Shown one piece after another: positions 39,351 to 53,629 of a stretch of 64,000 bases of DNA. Position numbers and translations under genes: made by a program. The notes beneath the pieces were generated by a model. That model did not search any database, was not told the origin of the DNA, and worked only from the letters and a program-made list of their open reading frames with translations. Positions within the stretch are counted from its first letter, which is position 1; every line of letters begins with the position of its first letter. Source of the stretch: Eledone cirrhosa (taxonomy: Eukaryota); assembly GCA_964016885.1 (NCBI GenBank), contig OZ024740.1:386136001-386200000 (forward strand). Reading direction: 5' to 3'.

Positions 39351-42300
39351 GAGGAGGTAACCACTGGAGAGAGTGGTACTACATAGACATCTGGTTAGAA
39401 TGGCAGTTGAGGGAACCACTGGAGAGAGTGGTACTACACAGGCATCTGGTTAGAATGGGAGAGGAGGAAACCACTGGAGAGAGTGGTACTATATAAACAT
39501 CTGGTTAGAATGGCAGAGGAGGGAACCACTGGAGAGAGTGGTACTATATAGAGATCTGGTTAGAATGGCACAGGAGGGAACCACTGAGGTAGTGGTACTA
39601 CATAGACATCTGGTTAGAATGGGAGAGGAGGAAACCACTTGATAGAGTGGTACTACATAGACATCTGGTTAGAATGGGAGAGGAGGGAACCACTGGAGAG
39701 AGTGGTACTATATAGACCTCTGGTTAGAATGGCACAGGAGGGAAGCACTGGAGAGAGTGGTACTATATAGACATCTGGTTAGAATGGGAGAACAGGGAAC
39801 CACTGGAGAGAGTGGTACTACATAGACATCTGGTTAGAATGGCAGAGGAGGGAACCACTGGAGAGAGTGATACTACACAGACATCTGGTTAGAACGGGAG
39901 AGTAGGGAACCGCTGCAGAGAGTGGTACTATATAGACATCTGGTTAGAATGGCAGAGGAGGGAAACACTGGAGAGAGTAGTACTACATAGACATCTGGAT
40001 AGAATGGGAGAGGAGGGAACCACTGGAGAGAGTGGTACTATATAGACATCTGGTTAGAATGGCAGTTGAGGAACCACTGGAGAGAGTGGTACTACATAGA
40101 CATCTGGTTAGAATGGCAGAGGAGGTAACCACTGGAGAGAGTGGTACTATATAGACATCTGGTTAGAATGGCAGTTGAGGGAACCACTGGAGAGAGTGGT
40201 ACTACACAGACATCTGGTTAGAATGGGAGAGGAGGGAAGCACTGGAATGAGTGGTACTATAGAGACATATGGTTAGAATGACAGAGGAGGGAACCACTGG
40301 AGAGATTGGTACTACATAGACATCTAGTTACAATGGCAGAAGAGGGAACCACTGGAGAGATTGGTACTACATAGACATCTGGTTAGAATGGCAGAGGAGG
40401 GAACCATTGGAGAGAGTGGTACTATATAGACATCTGGTTAGAATGGCAGAGGAGGGAACCACTGGAGAGAGTGGTACTATATAGACATCTGGTTAGAATG
40501 GCAGTTGAGGGAACCACTGGAGAGAGTGGTACTACACAGACATCTGGTTAGAATGGCAGAGGAGGGAACCACTTGAAAGATTGGTAATATATAGACATCT
40601 GGTTAGAATGGGAATGGAGGGGACCACTGGAAGAGTGGTACTATATATAATCTGGTTAGAATGGCAGAGGAGGGAACCATTGGAGAGAGTGGTACTATAT
40701 AGACATCTGGTTAGAATGGGAGAGTAGGGAACCACTGGAGAGAGTGGTACTATATAAACATCTGGATAGAATGGCAGAGGAGGGACCCATTGGAGAGAGT
40801 GGTACTATATAGACATCTGGTTAGAAGGGGAGAGTAGGGAACCACTGGAGAGAGTGGTACTACATAGACATCTGGTTAGAATGGCAGAGGAGGGAACCAC
40901 TGGAGAGAGTGGTACTACATAGACATCTGGTTAGAATGGCAGAGGAGGTAACCACTGGAGAGACTGGTACTATATAGACATCTGGTTAGAATGGCAGTCG
41001 AGGGAACCACTGGAGAGAGTGGTACTACACAGACATCTGGTTAGAATGGGAGAGGAGGGCAGCACTGGAGTGAGTGGTACTATAGAGACATCTGGTTAGA
41101 ATGACAGAGGAGGGAACCACTGGAGAGATTGGTAATACATAGACATCTAGTTACAATGGCAGAAGAGGGAACCACTGGAGAGATTGGTACTACATAGACA
41201 TCTGGTTAGAATGGCAGAGGAGGGAACCATTGGAGAGAGTGGTACTATATAGACATCTTGTTAGAATGGCAGTTGAGGGAACCACTGGAGAGAGTGGTAC
41301 TACACAGACATCTGGTTAGAATGGCAGAGGAGGTAACCACTGGAGAGAGTGGTACTATATAGACATCTGGTTAGAATGGCAGTTGAGGGAACCACTGGAG
41401 AGAGTGGTACTACACAGACATCTGGTTAGAATGGGAGAGGAGGGCAGCACTGGAGTGAGTGGTACTATAGAGACATCTGGTTAGAATGACAGAGGAGGGA
41501 ACCACTGGAGAGATTGGTAATACATAGACATCTAGTTACAATGGCAGAAGAGGGGAACCACTGGAGAGATTGGTACTACATAGACATCTGGTTAGAATGG
41601 CAGAGGAGGGAACCATTGGAGAGAGTGGTACTATATAGACATCTGGTTAGAATGGCAGAGGAGGGAACCACTGGAGAGAGTGGTACTATATAGACATCTG
41701 GTTAGAATGGCAGTTGAGGGAACCACTGGAGAGAGTGGTACTACACAGACATCTGGTTAGAATGGGAGAGGAGGGAAGCACTGGAGTGAGTAGTACTATA
41801 GAGACATCTGGTTAGAATGACAGATGAGGGAACCACTGGAGAGATTGGTACTACATAGACATCTAGTTACAATGGCAGAAGAGGGAACCACTGGAGAGAT
41901 TGGTACTACATAGACATCTGGTTAGAATGGCAGAGGAGGGACCCATTGGAGAGAGAGGTACTATATAGACATCTGGTTAGAATGGGAGAGTAGGGAACCA
42001 CTGGAGAGAGTGGTACTATATAAACATCTGGTTAGAATGACAGAGGAGGGACCCATTGGAGAGAGTGGTACTATATAGACATCTGGTTAGAAGGGGAGAG
42101 TAGGGAACCACTGGAGAGAGTGGTACTACATAGCCATCTGGTTAGAATGGCAGAGGAGGGAACCACTGGAGAGAGTGGTACTACATAGACATCTGGTTAG
42201 AATGGCAGACGAGGGAACCACTGCAGAGAGTGGTACTACATAGACATCTGGTTAGAATGGCAGTTGAGGGAACCACTGGAGAGAGTGGTACTACACAGAC

Positions 42301-44650
42301 ATCTGGTTAGAATGGGAGAGGAGGGAACCACTGGAGAGAGTGGTACTATATAAACATCTGGTTAGAATGGCAGAGGAGGGAACCACTGGAGGTAGTGGTA
42401 CTACATAGACATCTGGTTAGAATGGGAGAACAGGGAACCACTGGAGAGAGTGGTACTACATAGACATCTGGTTAGAATGGCAGAGGAGGGAACCACTGGA
42501 GAGAGTGATACTACACAGACATCTGGTTAGAATGGGAGAGTAGGGAACCGCTGCAGAGAGTGGTACTATATAGACATCGGGTTAGAATGGCAGAGGAGGG
42601 AAACACTGGAGAGAGTAGTACTACATAGACATCTGGATAGAATGGGAGAGGAGGGAACCACTGGAGAGAGTGGTACTATATAGACATCTGGTTAGAATGG
42701 CAGTTGAGGGAACCACTGGAGAGAGTGGTACTACATAGACATCTGGTTAGAATGGCAGAGGAGGTAACCACTGGAGAGTGTGGTACTACATAGACATCTG
42801 GTTAGAATGGCAGTTGAGGGAACCACTGGAGAGAGTGGTACTACACAGGCATCTGGTTAGAATGGGAGAGGAGGAAACCACTGGAGAGAGTGGTACTATA
42901 TAAACATCTGGTTAGAATGGCAGAGGAGGGAACCACTGGAGAGAGTGGTACTATATAGAGATCTGGTTAGAATGGCACAGGAGGGAACCACTGAGGTAGT
43001 GGTACTACATAGACATCTGGTTAGAATGGGAGAGGAGGAAACCACTTGATAGAGTGGTACTACATAGACATCTGGTTAGAATGGGAGAGGAGGGAACCAC
43101 TGGAGAGAGTGGTACTATATAGACCTCTGGTTAGAATGGCACAGGAGGGAAGCACTGGAGAGAGTGGTACTATATAGACATCTGGTTAGAATGGGAGAAC
43201 AGGGAACCACTGGAGAGAGTGGTACTACATAGACATCTGGTTAGAATGGCAGAGGAGGGAACCACTGGAGAGAGTGATACTACACAGACATCTGGTTAGA
43301 ACGGGAGAGTAGGGAACCGCTGCAGAGAGTGGTACTATATAGACATCTGGTTAGAATGGCAGAGGAGGGAAACACTGGAGAGAGTAGTACTACATAGACA
43401 TCTGGATAGAATGGGAGAGGAGGGAACCACTGGAGAGAGTGGTACTATATAGACATCTGGTTAGAATGGCAGTTGAGGAACCACTGGAGAGAGTGGTACT
43501 ACATAGACATCTGGTTAGAATGGCAGAGGAGGTAACCACTGGAGAGAGTGGTACTATATAGACATCTGGTTAGAATGGCAGTTGAGGGAACCACTGGAGA
43601 GAGTGGTACTACACAGACATCTGGTTAGAATGGGAGAGGAGGGAAGCACTGGAGTGAGTGGTACTATAGAGACATATGGTTAGAATGACAGAGGAGGGAA
43701 CCACTGGAGAGATTGGTACTACATAGACATCTAGTTACAATGGCAGAAGAGGGAACCACTGGAGAGATTGGTACTACATAGACATCTGGTTAGAATGGCA
43801 GAGGAGGGAACCATTGGAGAGAGTGGTACTATATAGACATCTGGTTAGAATGGCAGAGGAGGGAACCACTGGAGAGAGTGGTACTATATAGACTTCTGGT
43901 TAGAATGGCAGTTGAGGGAACCACTGGAGAGAGTGGTACTACACAGACATCTGGTTAGAATGGCAGAGGAGGGAACCACTTGAAAGATTGGTAATATATA
44001 GACATCTGGTTAGAATGGGAATGGAGGGGACCACTGGAAGAGTGGTACTATATATAATCTGGTTAGAATGGCAGAGGAGGGAACCATTGGAGAGAGTGGT
44101 ACTATATAGACATCTGGTTAGAATGGGAGAGTAGGGAACCACTGGAGAGAGTGGTACTATATAAACATCTGGTTAGAATGGCAGAGGAGGGACCCATTGG
44201 AGAGAGTGGTACTATATAGACATCTGGTTAGAAGGGGAGAGTAGGGAACCACTGGAGAGAGTGGTACTACATAGACATCTGGTTAGAATGGCAGAGGAGG
44301 GAACCACTGGAGAGAGTGGTACTACATAGACATCTGGTTAGAATGGCAGAGGAGGTAACCACTGGAGAGACTGGTACTATATAGACATCTTGTTAGAATG
44401 GCAGTCGAGGGAACCACTGGAGAGAGTGGTACTACACAGACATCTGGTTAGAATGGGAGAGGAGGGCAGCACTGGAGTGAGTGGTACTATAGAGACATCT
44501 GGTTAGAATGACAGAGGAGGGAACCACTGGAGAGATTGGTAATACATAGACATCTAGTTACAATGGCAGAAGAGGGAACCAATGGAGAGATTGGTACTAC
44601 ATAGACATCTGGTTAGAATGGCAGAGGAGGGAACCATTGGAGAGAGTGGT
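39350..44650 (+). repeat. Duplication with a 3,407-bp period (62 monomers); boundaries approximate
   Basis: GAGGAGGAAACC at 39461/42868. The copies share private 1-bp deletions CTGAGGTAG, GTTGAGGAAC and CTGGAAGAG. Identical 67-aa ORFs at 40532/43939. 3407 = 62x55-3. Confidence 0.9.
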
Positions 44651-45942
44651 ACTATATAGACATCTGGTTAGAATGGCAGAGGAGGGAACCACTGGAGAGA
44701 GTGGTACTATATAGACATCTGGTTAGAATGGCAGTTGAGGGAACCACTGGAGAGAGTGGTACTACACAGACATCTGGTTAGAATGGGAGAGGAGGGAAGC
44801 ACTGGAGTGAGTGGTACTATAGAGACATCTGGTTAGAATGACAGAGGAGGGAACCACTGGAGAGATTGGTACTACATAGACATCTAGTTACAATGGCAGA
44901 AGAGGGAACCACTGGAGAGATTAGTACTACATAGACATCTGGTTAGAATGGCAGAGGAGGGACCCATTGGAGAGAGAGGTACTATATAGACATCTGGTTA
45001 GAATGGGAGAGTAGGGAACCACTGGAGAGAGTGGTACTATATAAACATCTGGTTAGAATGGCAGAGGAGGGACCCATTGGAGAGAGAGGTACTATATAGA
45101 CATCTGGTTAGAATGGGAGAGTAGGGAACCACTGGAGAGAGTGGTACTATATAGACATCTGGTTAGAATGGCAGAGGAGGGAAACACTGGAGAGAGTAGT
45201 ACTACATAGACATCTGGATATAATGGGAGAGGAGGGAACCACTGGAGAGAGTGGTACTATATAGACATCTGGTTAGAATGGCAGTTGAGGGAACCACTGG
45301 AGAGAGTGGTACTATATAGACATCTGGTTAGAATGACACAGGAGGGAAGCACTGGAGAGAGTGGTACTATATAGACATCTGGTTAGAATGGGAGAACAGG
45401 GAACCACTGGAGAGAGTGGTACTACATAGACATCTGGTTAGAATGGCAGAGGAGGGAACCACTGGAGAGCGTGATACTACACAGACATCTGGTTAGAATG
45501 GGAGAGTAGGGAACCGCTGCAGAGAGTGGTACTATATAGACATCTGGTTAGAATGGCAGAGGAGGGAAACACTGGAGAGAGTAGTACTACATAGACATCT
45601 GGATAGAATGGGAGAGGAGGGAACCACTGGAGAGAGTGGTACTATATAGACATCTGGTTAGAATTTCAGTTGAGGGAACCACTGGAGAGAATGGTACTAC
45701 ATAGACATCTGGTTAGAATGGGAGAGGAGGGAACCACTTGAAAGATTGGTAATATATAGACATCTGGTTAGAATGGGAATGGAGGGGACCACTGGAGAGA
45801 GTGGTACTATATATCATCTGGTTAGAATGGCAGAGGAAGGAACCATTGGAGAGAGTGGTACTATATAGACATCTGGTTAGAATGGCAGAGGAGGGAAACA
45901 CTGGAGAGAGTAGTACTACATAGACATCTGGATAGAATGGGA

Positions 45943-48900
45943 GAGGAGGGAAGCACTGGAGTGAGTGGTACTATAGAGACATCTGGTTAGAATGACAGAG
46001 GAGGGAACCACTGGAGAGATTGGTACTACATAGACATCTGGTTAGAATGGCAGAAGAGGGAACCACTGGAGAGATTGGTACTACATAGACATCTGGTTAG
46101 AATGGCAGAGGAGGGAACCATTGGAGAGAGTGGTACTATATAGACATCTGTTTAGAATGGCAGAGGAGGGAACCACTTGAAAGATTGGTAATATATAGAC
46201 ATCTGGTTAGAATGGGAATGGAGGGATCCACAGGAGAGAGTGGTACTATATATCATCTGGTTAGAATGGCAGAGGAGGGAACCATTGGAGAGAGTGGTAC
46301 TATATAGACATCTGGTTAGAATGGGAGAGTAGGGAACCACTGGAGAGAGTGGTACTTTATAAACATCTGGTTAGAATGGCAGAGGAGGGACCCATTGGAG
46401 AGAGTGGTACTATATAGACATCTGGTTAGAATGGGAGAGTAGGGAACCACTGGAGAGAGTGGTACTATATAGACATCTGGTTAGAATGGCAGAGGAGGGA
46501 ACCACTGGAGAGAGTGGTACTACACAGACATCTGGTTAGAATGGGAGAGGAGGGAACTACTGGAGAGAGTGGTACTATATAAACATCTGGTTAGAATGGC
46601 AGAGGAGGGAACCACTTGATAGAGTGGTAATACATAGACATCTGGTTAGAATGGGAGTGGAGGGAACCACTGGAGAGAGTGGTACTATATAGACATCTGG
46701 TTAGAATGGCACAGGAGGGAAGCACTGGAGAGAGTGGTACTACATAGACATCTGGTTAGAATGGGAGAGGAGGGAACCACTGGAGTGAGTGGTACTATAT
46801 AGACATCTGGTTAGAATGGGAGAACAGGGAACCACTGGAGAGAGTGGTACTACATAGGCATCTGGTTAGAATGGCAGAGGAGGGAACCACTGGAGAGAGT
46901 GATACTACACAGACATCTGGTTAGAATGGGAGAGTAGGGAACCGCTGCAGAGAGTGGTACTATATAGATATCTGGTTAGAATGGCAGAGGAGGGAAACAC
47001 TGGAGAGAGTAGTACTACATAGACATCTGGATAGAATGGGAGAGGAGGGAACCACTGGAGAGAGTGGTACTATATAGACATCTGGTTAGAATGGCACAGG
47101 AGGGAACCACTGGAGAGAGTGGTACTACATAGACATCTGGTTAGAATGGAAGAGGAGGTAACCACTGGAGAGAGTGGTACTATATAGACATCTGGTTAGA
47201 ATGGCAGTTGAGGGAACCACTGGAGAGAGTGGTACTACACAGACATCTGGTTAGAATGGGAGAGGAGGGAAGCACTGGAGTGAGTGGTACTATAGAGACA
47301 TCTGGTTAGAATGACAGAGGAGGGAACCACTGGAGAGATTGGTACTACATAGACATTTAGTTACAATGGCAGAAGAGGGAACCACTGGAGAGATTGGTAC
47401 TACATAGACATCTGGTTAGAATGGCAGAGGAGGGAACCATTGGAGAGAGTGGTACTATATAGACATCTGGTTAGAATGGCAGAGGAGGGAACCACTGGAG
47501 AGAGTGGTACTACACAGACATCTGGTTAGAATGGGAGAGGAGGGAAGCACTGGAGTAAGTGGTACTATAGAGACATCTGGTTAGAATGACAGAGGAGGGA
47601 ACCACTGGAGAGATTGGTACTACATAGACATCTAGTTACAATGGCAGAAGAGGGAACCATTGGAGAGAGTGGTACTATATAGACATCTGTTTAGAATGGC
47701 AGAGGAGGGAACCACTTGAAAGATTGGTAATATATAGACATCTGGTTAGAATGGGAATGGAGTGGACCACTGGAGAGAGTGGTACTATATATCATCTGGT
47801 TAGAATGGCAGAGGAGGGAACCACTGGAGAGAGTGGTACTACATAGACATCTGGTTAGAATGGGAGAGTAGGGAACCACTGGAGAGAGTGGCACTATATA
47901 GACATCTGGTTAGAATGGCAGAGGAGGGAAACACTGGAGAGAGTAGTACTACATAGACATCTGGATAGAATGGGAAAGGAGGGAACCACTGGAGAGAGTG
48001 GTACTATATAGACATCTGGTTAGAATGGCAGTTGAGGGAACCACTGGAGAGAGTGGTACTACATAGACATCTGGTTAGAATGGCAGAGGAGTTAACCACT
48101 GGAGAGAGTGGTACTATATAGACATCTGGTTAGAATGGCAGTTGAGGGAACCACTGGAGAGAGTGGTACTACACAGACATCTGGTTAGAATGGCAGAGGA
48201 GGTAACCACTGGAGGTAGTGGTACTACATAGACATCGGGTTAGAATGGGAGAGCAGGGAACCACTGGAGAGAGTGGTACTATATAAACATCTGGTTAGAA
48301 TGGCAGAGGAGGGAACCACTGGAGAGAGTGATACTACACAGACATCTGGTTAGAATGGGAGAGTAGGGAACCGCTGCTGAGAGTGGTACTATATAGACAT
48401 CTGGTTAGAATGGCAGAGGAGGGAACCACTGGAGAGAGTAGTACTACATAGACATCTGGATAGAATGGGAGAGGAGGGAACCACTGGAGAGAGTGGTACT
48501 ATATAGACATCTGGTTAGAATGGCAGTTGAGGGAACCACTGGAGAGAGTGGTACTACATAGACATCTGGTTAGAATGGCAGAGGAGGTAACCACTGGAGA
48601 GAGTGGTACTATATAGACATCTGGTTAGAATGGCAGAGGAGGGAACCACTGGAGAGACTGGTACTACACAGACATCTGGTTAGAATGGGAGAGGAGGGAA
48701 GCACTGGAGTGAGTGGTACTATAGAGACATCTGGTTAGAATGGCAGAGGAGGGAACCATTGGAGAGAGTGGTACTATATAGACATCTGTTTAGAATGGCA
48801 GAGGAGGGAACCACTTGAAAGATTGGTAATATATAGACATCTCGTTAGAATGGGAATGGAGGGGACCACTGGAGAGAGTGGTACTATATATCATCTGGTT

Positions 48901-51900
48901 AGAATGGCAGAGGAGGGAACCACTGGAGAGAGTGGTACTACATAGACATCTGGTTAGAATGGGAGAGTAGGGAACCACTGGTGAGAGTGGTACTATATAA
49001 ACATCTGGTTAGAATGGCAGAGGAGGGACCCATTGGATAGAGTGGTACTATATAGACATCTGCTTAGAATGGGAGAGTAGGGAACCGCTGCTGAGAGTGG
49101 TACTATATAGACATCTGGTTAGAATGGCAGAGGAGGGAACCACTGGAGAGAGTAGTACTACATAGACATCTGGATAGAATGGGAGAGGAGGGAACCACTG
49201 GAGAGAGTGGTACTACATAGACATCTAGTTACAATGGCAGAGGAGGGAACCTCTGGAGAGATTGGTACTACATAGATATCTGGTTAGAATGGCAGAGGAG
49301 GGAACCATTGGAGAGAGTGGTACTATATAGACATGTGGTTAGAATGGCAGAGGAGGGAACCACTGGAGAGAGTGGTACTACATAGACATCTGGTTAGAAT
49401 GGGAGAGGAGGGAACCACTGGAGAGAGTGGTACTACACAGACATCTGGTTAGAATGGGAGAGGAGGGAAGCACTGGAGTGAGTGGTACTATAGAGACATC
49501 TGGTTAGAATGACAGAGGAGGGAACCACTGGAGACATTGGTACTACATAGACATCTAGTTACAATGGCAGAAGAGGGAACCACTGGAGAGATTGGTACTA
49601 CATAGACATCTGGTTAGAATGGCAGAGGAGGGAACCACTGCAGAAAGTGGTACTATATACACATCTGGTTAGAATTGGAGAGGAGGAAACCACTGGAGAG
49701 AGTGGTACTATATAGACATCTGGTTAGGATGGGAGAGGAGGGAACCACTGGAGAGAGTAGTACTACATAGACATCTGGTTAGAATGGTAGAAGAGGGAAC
49801 CACTGGAGAGAGTAGTACTATATAGACATCTGGTTAGAATGGCAGAGGAGGGACCCACTGGAGAGAGTGGTACTATATAGACATCTGGTTAGGATGGGAG
49901 ATGAGGGAAGCACTGGAGTGAGTGGTACTATAGAGACATCTGGTTAGAATGACAGAGGAGGGAACCACTGGAGAGATTGGTACTACATAGACATCTGGTT
50001 AGAATGGCAGAAGAGGGAACCACTGGAGAGATTGGTACTACATAGACATCTGGTTAGAATGGCAGAGGAGGGAACCATTGGAGAGAGTGGTACTATATAG
50101 ACATCTGTTTAGAATGGCAGAGGAGGGAACCACTTGAAAGATTGGTAATATATAGACATCTGGTTAGAATGGGAATGGAGGGGACCACTGGAGAGAGTGG
50201 TACTATATATCATCTGGTTAGAATGGCAGAGGAGGGAACCATTGGAGAGAGTGGTACTATATAGACATCTGGTTAGAATGGGAGAGTAGGGAACCACTGG
50301 AGAGAGTGGTACTTTATAAACATCTGGTTAGAATGGCAGAGGAGGGACCCATTGGAGAGAGTGGTACTATATAGACATCTGGTTAGAATGGGAGAGTAGG
50401 GAACCACTGGAGAGAGTGGTACTATATAGACATCTGGTTAGAATGGCAGAGGAGGGAACCACTGGAGAGAGTGGTACTACACAGACATCTGGTTAGAATG
50501 GGAGAGGAGGGAACTACTGGAGAGAGTGGTACTATATAAACATCTGGTTAGAATGGCAGAGGAGGGAACCACTTGATAGAGTGGTACTACATAGACATCT
50601 GGTTAGAATGGGAGTGGAGGGAACCACTGGAGAGAGTGGTACTATATAGACATCTTGTTAGAATGGCACAGGAGGGAAGCACTGGAGAGAGTGGTACTAC
50701 ATAGACATCTGGTTAGAATGGGAGAGGAGGGAACCACTGGAGTGAGTGGTACTATATAGACATCTGGTTAGAATGGGAGAACAGGGAACCACTGGAGAGA
50801 GTGGTACTACATAGACATCTGGTTAGAATGGGAGAGTAGGGAACCGCTGCAGAGAGTGGTACTATATAGACATCTGGTTAGAATGGCAGAGGAGGGAAAC
50901 ACTGGAGAGAGTAGTACTACATAGACATCTGGATAGAATGGGAGAGGAGGGAACCACTGGAGAGAGTGGTACTATATAGACATCTGGTTAGAATGGCACA
51001 GGAGGGAACCACTGGAGAGAGTGGTACTACATAGACATCTGGTTAGAATGGAAGAGGAGGTAACCACTGGAGAGAGTGGTACTATATAGACATCTGGTTA
51101 GAATGGCAGTTGAGGGAACCACTGGAGAGAGTGGTACTACACAGACATCTGGTTAGAATGGGAGAGGAGGGAAGCACTGGAGTGAGTGGTACTATAGAAA
51201 CATCTGGTTAGAATGACAGAGGAGGGAACCACTGGAGAGATTGGTACTACATAGACATTTAGTTACAATGGCAGAAGAGGGAACCACTGGAGAGATTGGT
51301 ACTACATAGACATCTGGTTAGAATGGCAGAGGAGGGAACCATTGGAGAGAGTGGTACTATATAGACATCTGGTTAGAATGGCAGAGGAGGGAACCACTGG
51401 AGAGAGTGGTACTACACAGACATCTGGTTAGAATGGGAGAGGAGGGAAGCACTGGAGTAAGTGGTACTATAGAGACATCTGGTTAGAATGACAGAGGAGG
51501 GAACCACTGGAGAGATTGGTACTACATAGACATCTAGTTACAATTGCAGAAGAGGGAACCACTTGAGAGATTGGTACTACATAGACATCTGGTTAGAATG
51601 GCAGAGGAGGGAACCATTGGAGAGAGTGGTACTATATAGACATCTGTTTAGAATGGCAGAGGAGGGAACCACTTGAAAGATTGGTAATATATAGACATCT
51701 GGTTAGAATGGGAATGGAGTGGACCACTGGAGAGAGTGGTACTATATATCATCTGGTTAGAATGGCAGAGGAGGGAACCACTGGAGAGAGTGGTACTACA
51801 TAGACATCTGGTTAGAATGGGAGCGTAGGGAACCACTGGAGAAAGTGGCACTATATAGACATCTGGTTAGAATGGCAGAGGATGGAAACACTGGAGAGAG

Positions 51901-53490
51901 TAGTACTACATAGACATCTGGATAGAATGGGAGAGGAGGGAACCACTGGAGAGAGTGGTACTATATAGACATCTGGTTAGAATGGCAGTTGAGGGAACCA
52001 CTGGAGAGAGTGGTACTACAGACATCTGGTTAGAATGGCAGAGGAGTTAACCACTGGAGAGAGTGGTACTATATAGACATCTGGTTAGAATGGCAGTTGA
52101 GGGAACCACTGGAGAGAGTGGTACTACACAGACATCTGGTTAGAATGGCAGAGGAGGGAACCACTGGAGGTAGTGGTACTACATAGACATCGGGTTAGAA
52201 TGGGAGAGCAGGGAACCACTGGAGAGAGTGGTACTATATAAACATCTGGTTAGAATGGCAGAGGAGGGAACCACTGGAGAGAGTGATACTACACAGACAT
52301 CTGGTTAGAATGGGAGAGTAGGGAACCGCTGCTGAGAGTGGTACTATATAGACATCTGGTTAGAATGGCAGAGGAGGGAACCACTGGAGAGAGTAGTACT
52401 ACATAGACATCTGGATAGAATGGGAGAGGAGGGAACCACTGGAGAGAGTGGTACTATATAGACATCTGGTTAGAATGGCAGTTGAGGGAACCACTGGAGA
52501 GAGTGGTACTACATAGACATCTGGTTAGAATGGCAGAGGAGGTAACCACTGGAGAGAGTGGTACTATATAGACATCTGGTTAGAATGGCAGTTGAGGGAA
52601 CCACTGGAGAGAGTGGTACTACATAGACATCTGGTTAGAATGGCAGAGGAGGTAACCACTGGAGAGAGTGGTACTATATAGACATCTGGTTAGAATGGCA
52701 GAGGAGGGAACCACTGGAGAGACTGGTACTACACAGACATCTGGTTAGAATGGGAGAGGAGGGAAGCACTGGAGTGAGTGGTACTATAGAGACATCTGGT
52801 TAGAATGGCAGAGGAGGGAACCATTGGAGAGAGTGGTACTATATAGACATCTGTTTAGAATGGCAGAGGAGGGAACCACTTGAAAGATTGGTAATATATA
52901 GACATCTGGTTAGAATGGCAGAGGAGGGACCCATTGGATAGAGTGGTACTATATAGACATCTGGTTAGAATGGGAGAGTAGGGAACCACTGGAGAGAGTG
53001 GTACTATATAGACATCTGGTTAGAATGGCAGAGGAGGGAAACACTGGAGAGAGTAGTACTACATAGACATCTGGATAGAATGGGAGAGGAGGGAACCACT
53101 GGAGAGAGTGGTACTACATAGACATCTAGTTACAATGGCAGAGGAGGGAACCACTGGAGAGATTGGTACTACATAGATATCTGGTTAGAATGGCAGAGGA
53201 GGGAACCATTGGAGAGAGTGGTACTATATAGACATGTGGTTAGAATGGCAGAGGAGGGAACCACTGGAGAGAGTGGTACTACATAGACATCTGGTTAGAA
53301 TGGGAGAGGAGGGAACCACTGGAGAGAGTGGTACTACACAGACATCTGGTTAGAATGGGAGAGGAGGGAAGCACTGGAGTGAGTGGTACTATAGAGACAT
53401 CTGGTTAGAATGACAGAGGAGGGAACCACTGGAGAGATTGGTACTACATAGACATCTAGTTACAATGGCAGAAGAGGGAACCACTGCAGA
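45943..53490 (+). repeat. Tandem duplication with a period of about 3,957 bp (72 monomers); end approximate
   Basis: GGTACTTTAT at 46351/50308 and ORF pairs 46152/50109 and 47691/51648 all have offset 3957 (72x55-3). The offset drifts by whole monomers toward the end (GACATGTGG 49330/53231). Confidence 0.9.
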
Positions 53491-53629
53491 GAGTGGTACT
53501 ATATAGACATCTGGTTAGAATGGCAGAGGAGGGACCCACTGGAGAGAGTGGTACTATATAGACATCTGGTTAGGATGGGAGAGGAGGGAACCACTGGAGA
53601 GAGTGGTACTATATAGACATCTGGTTAGA

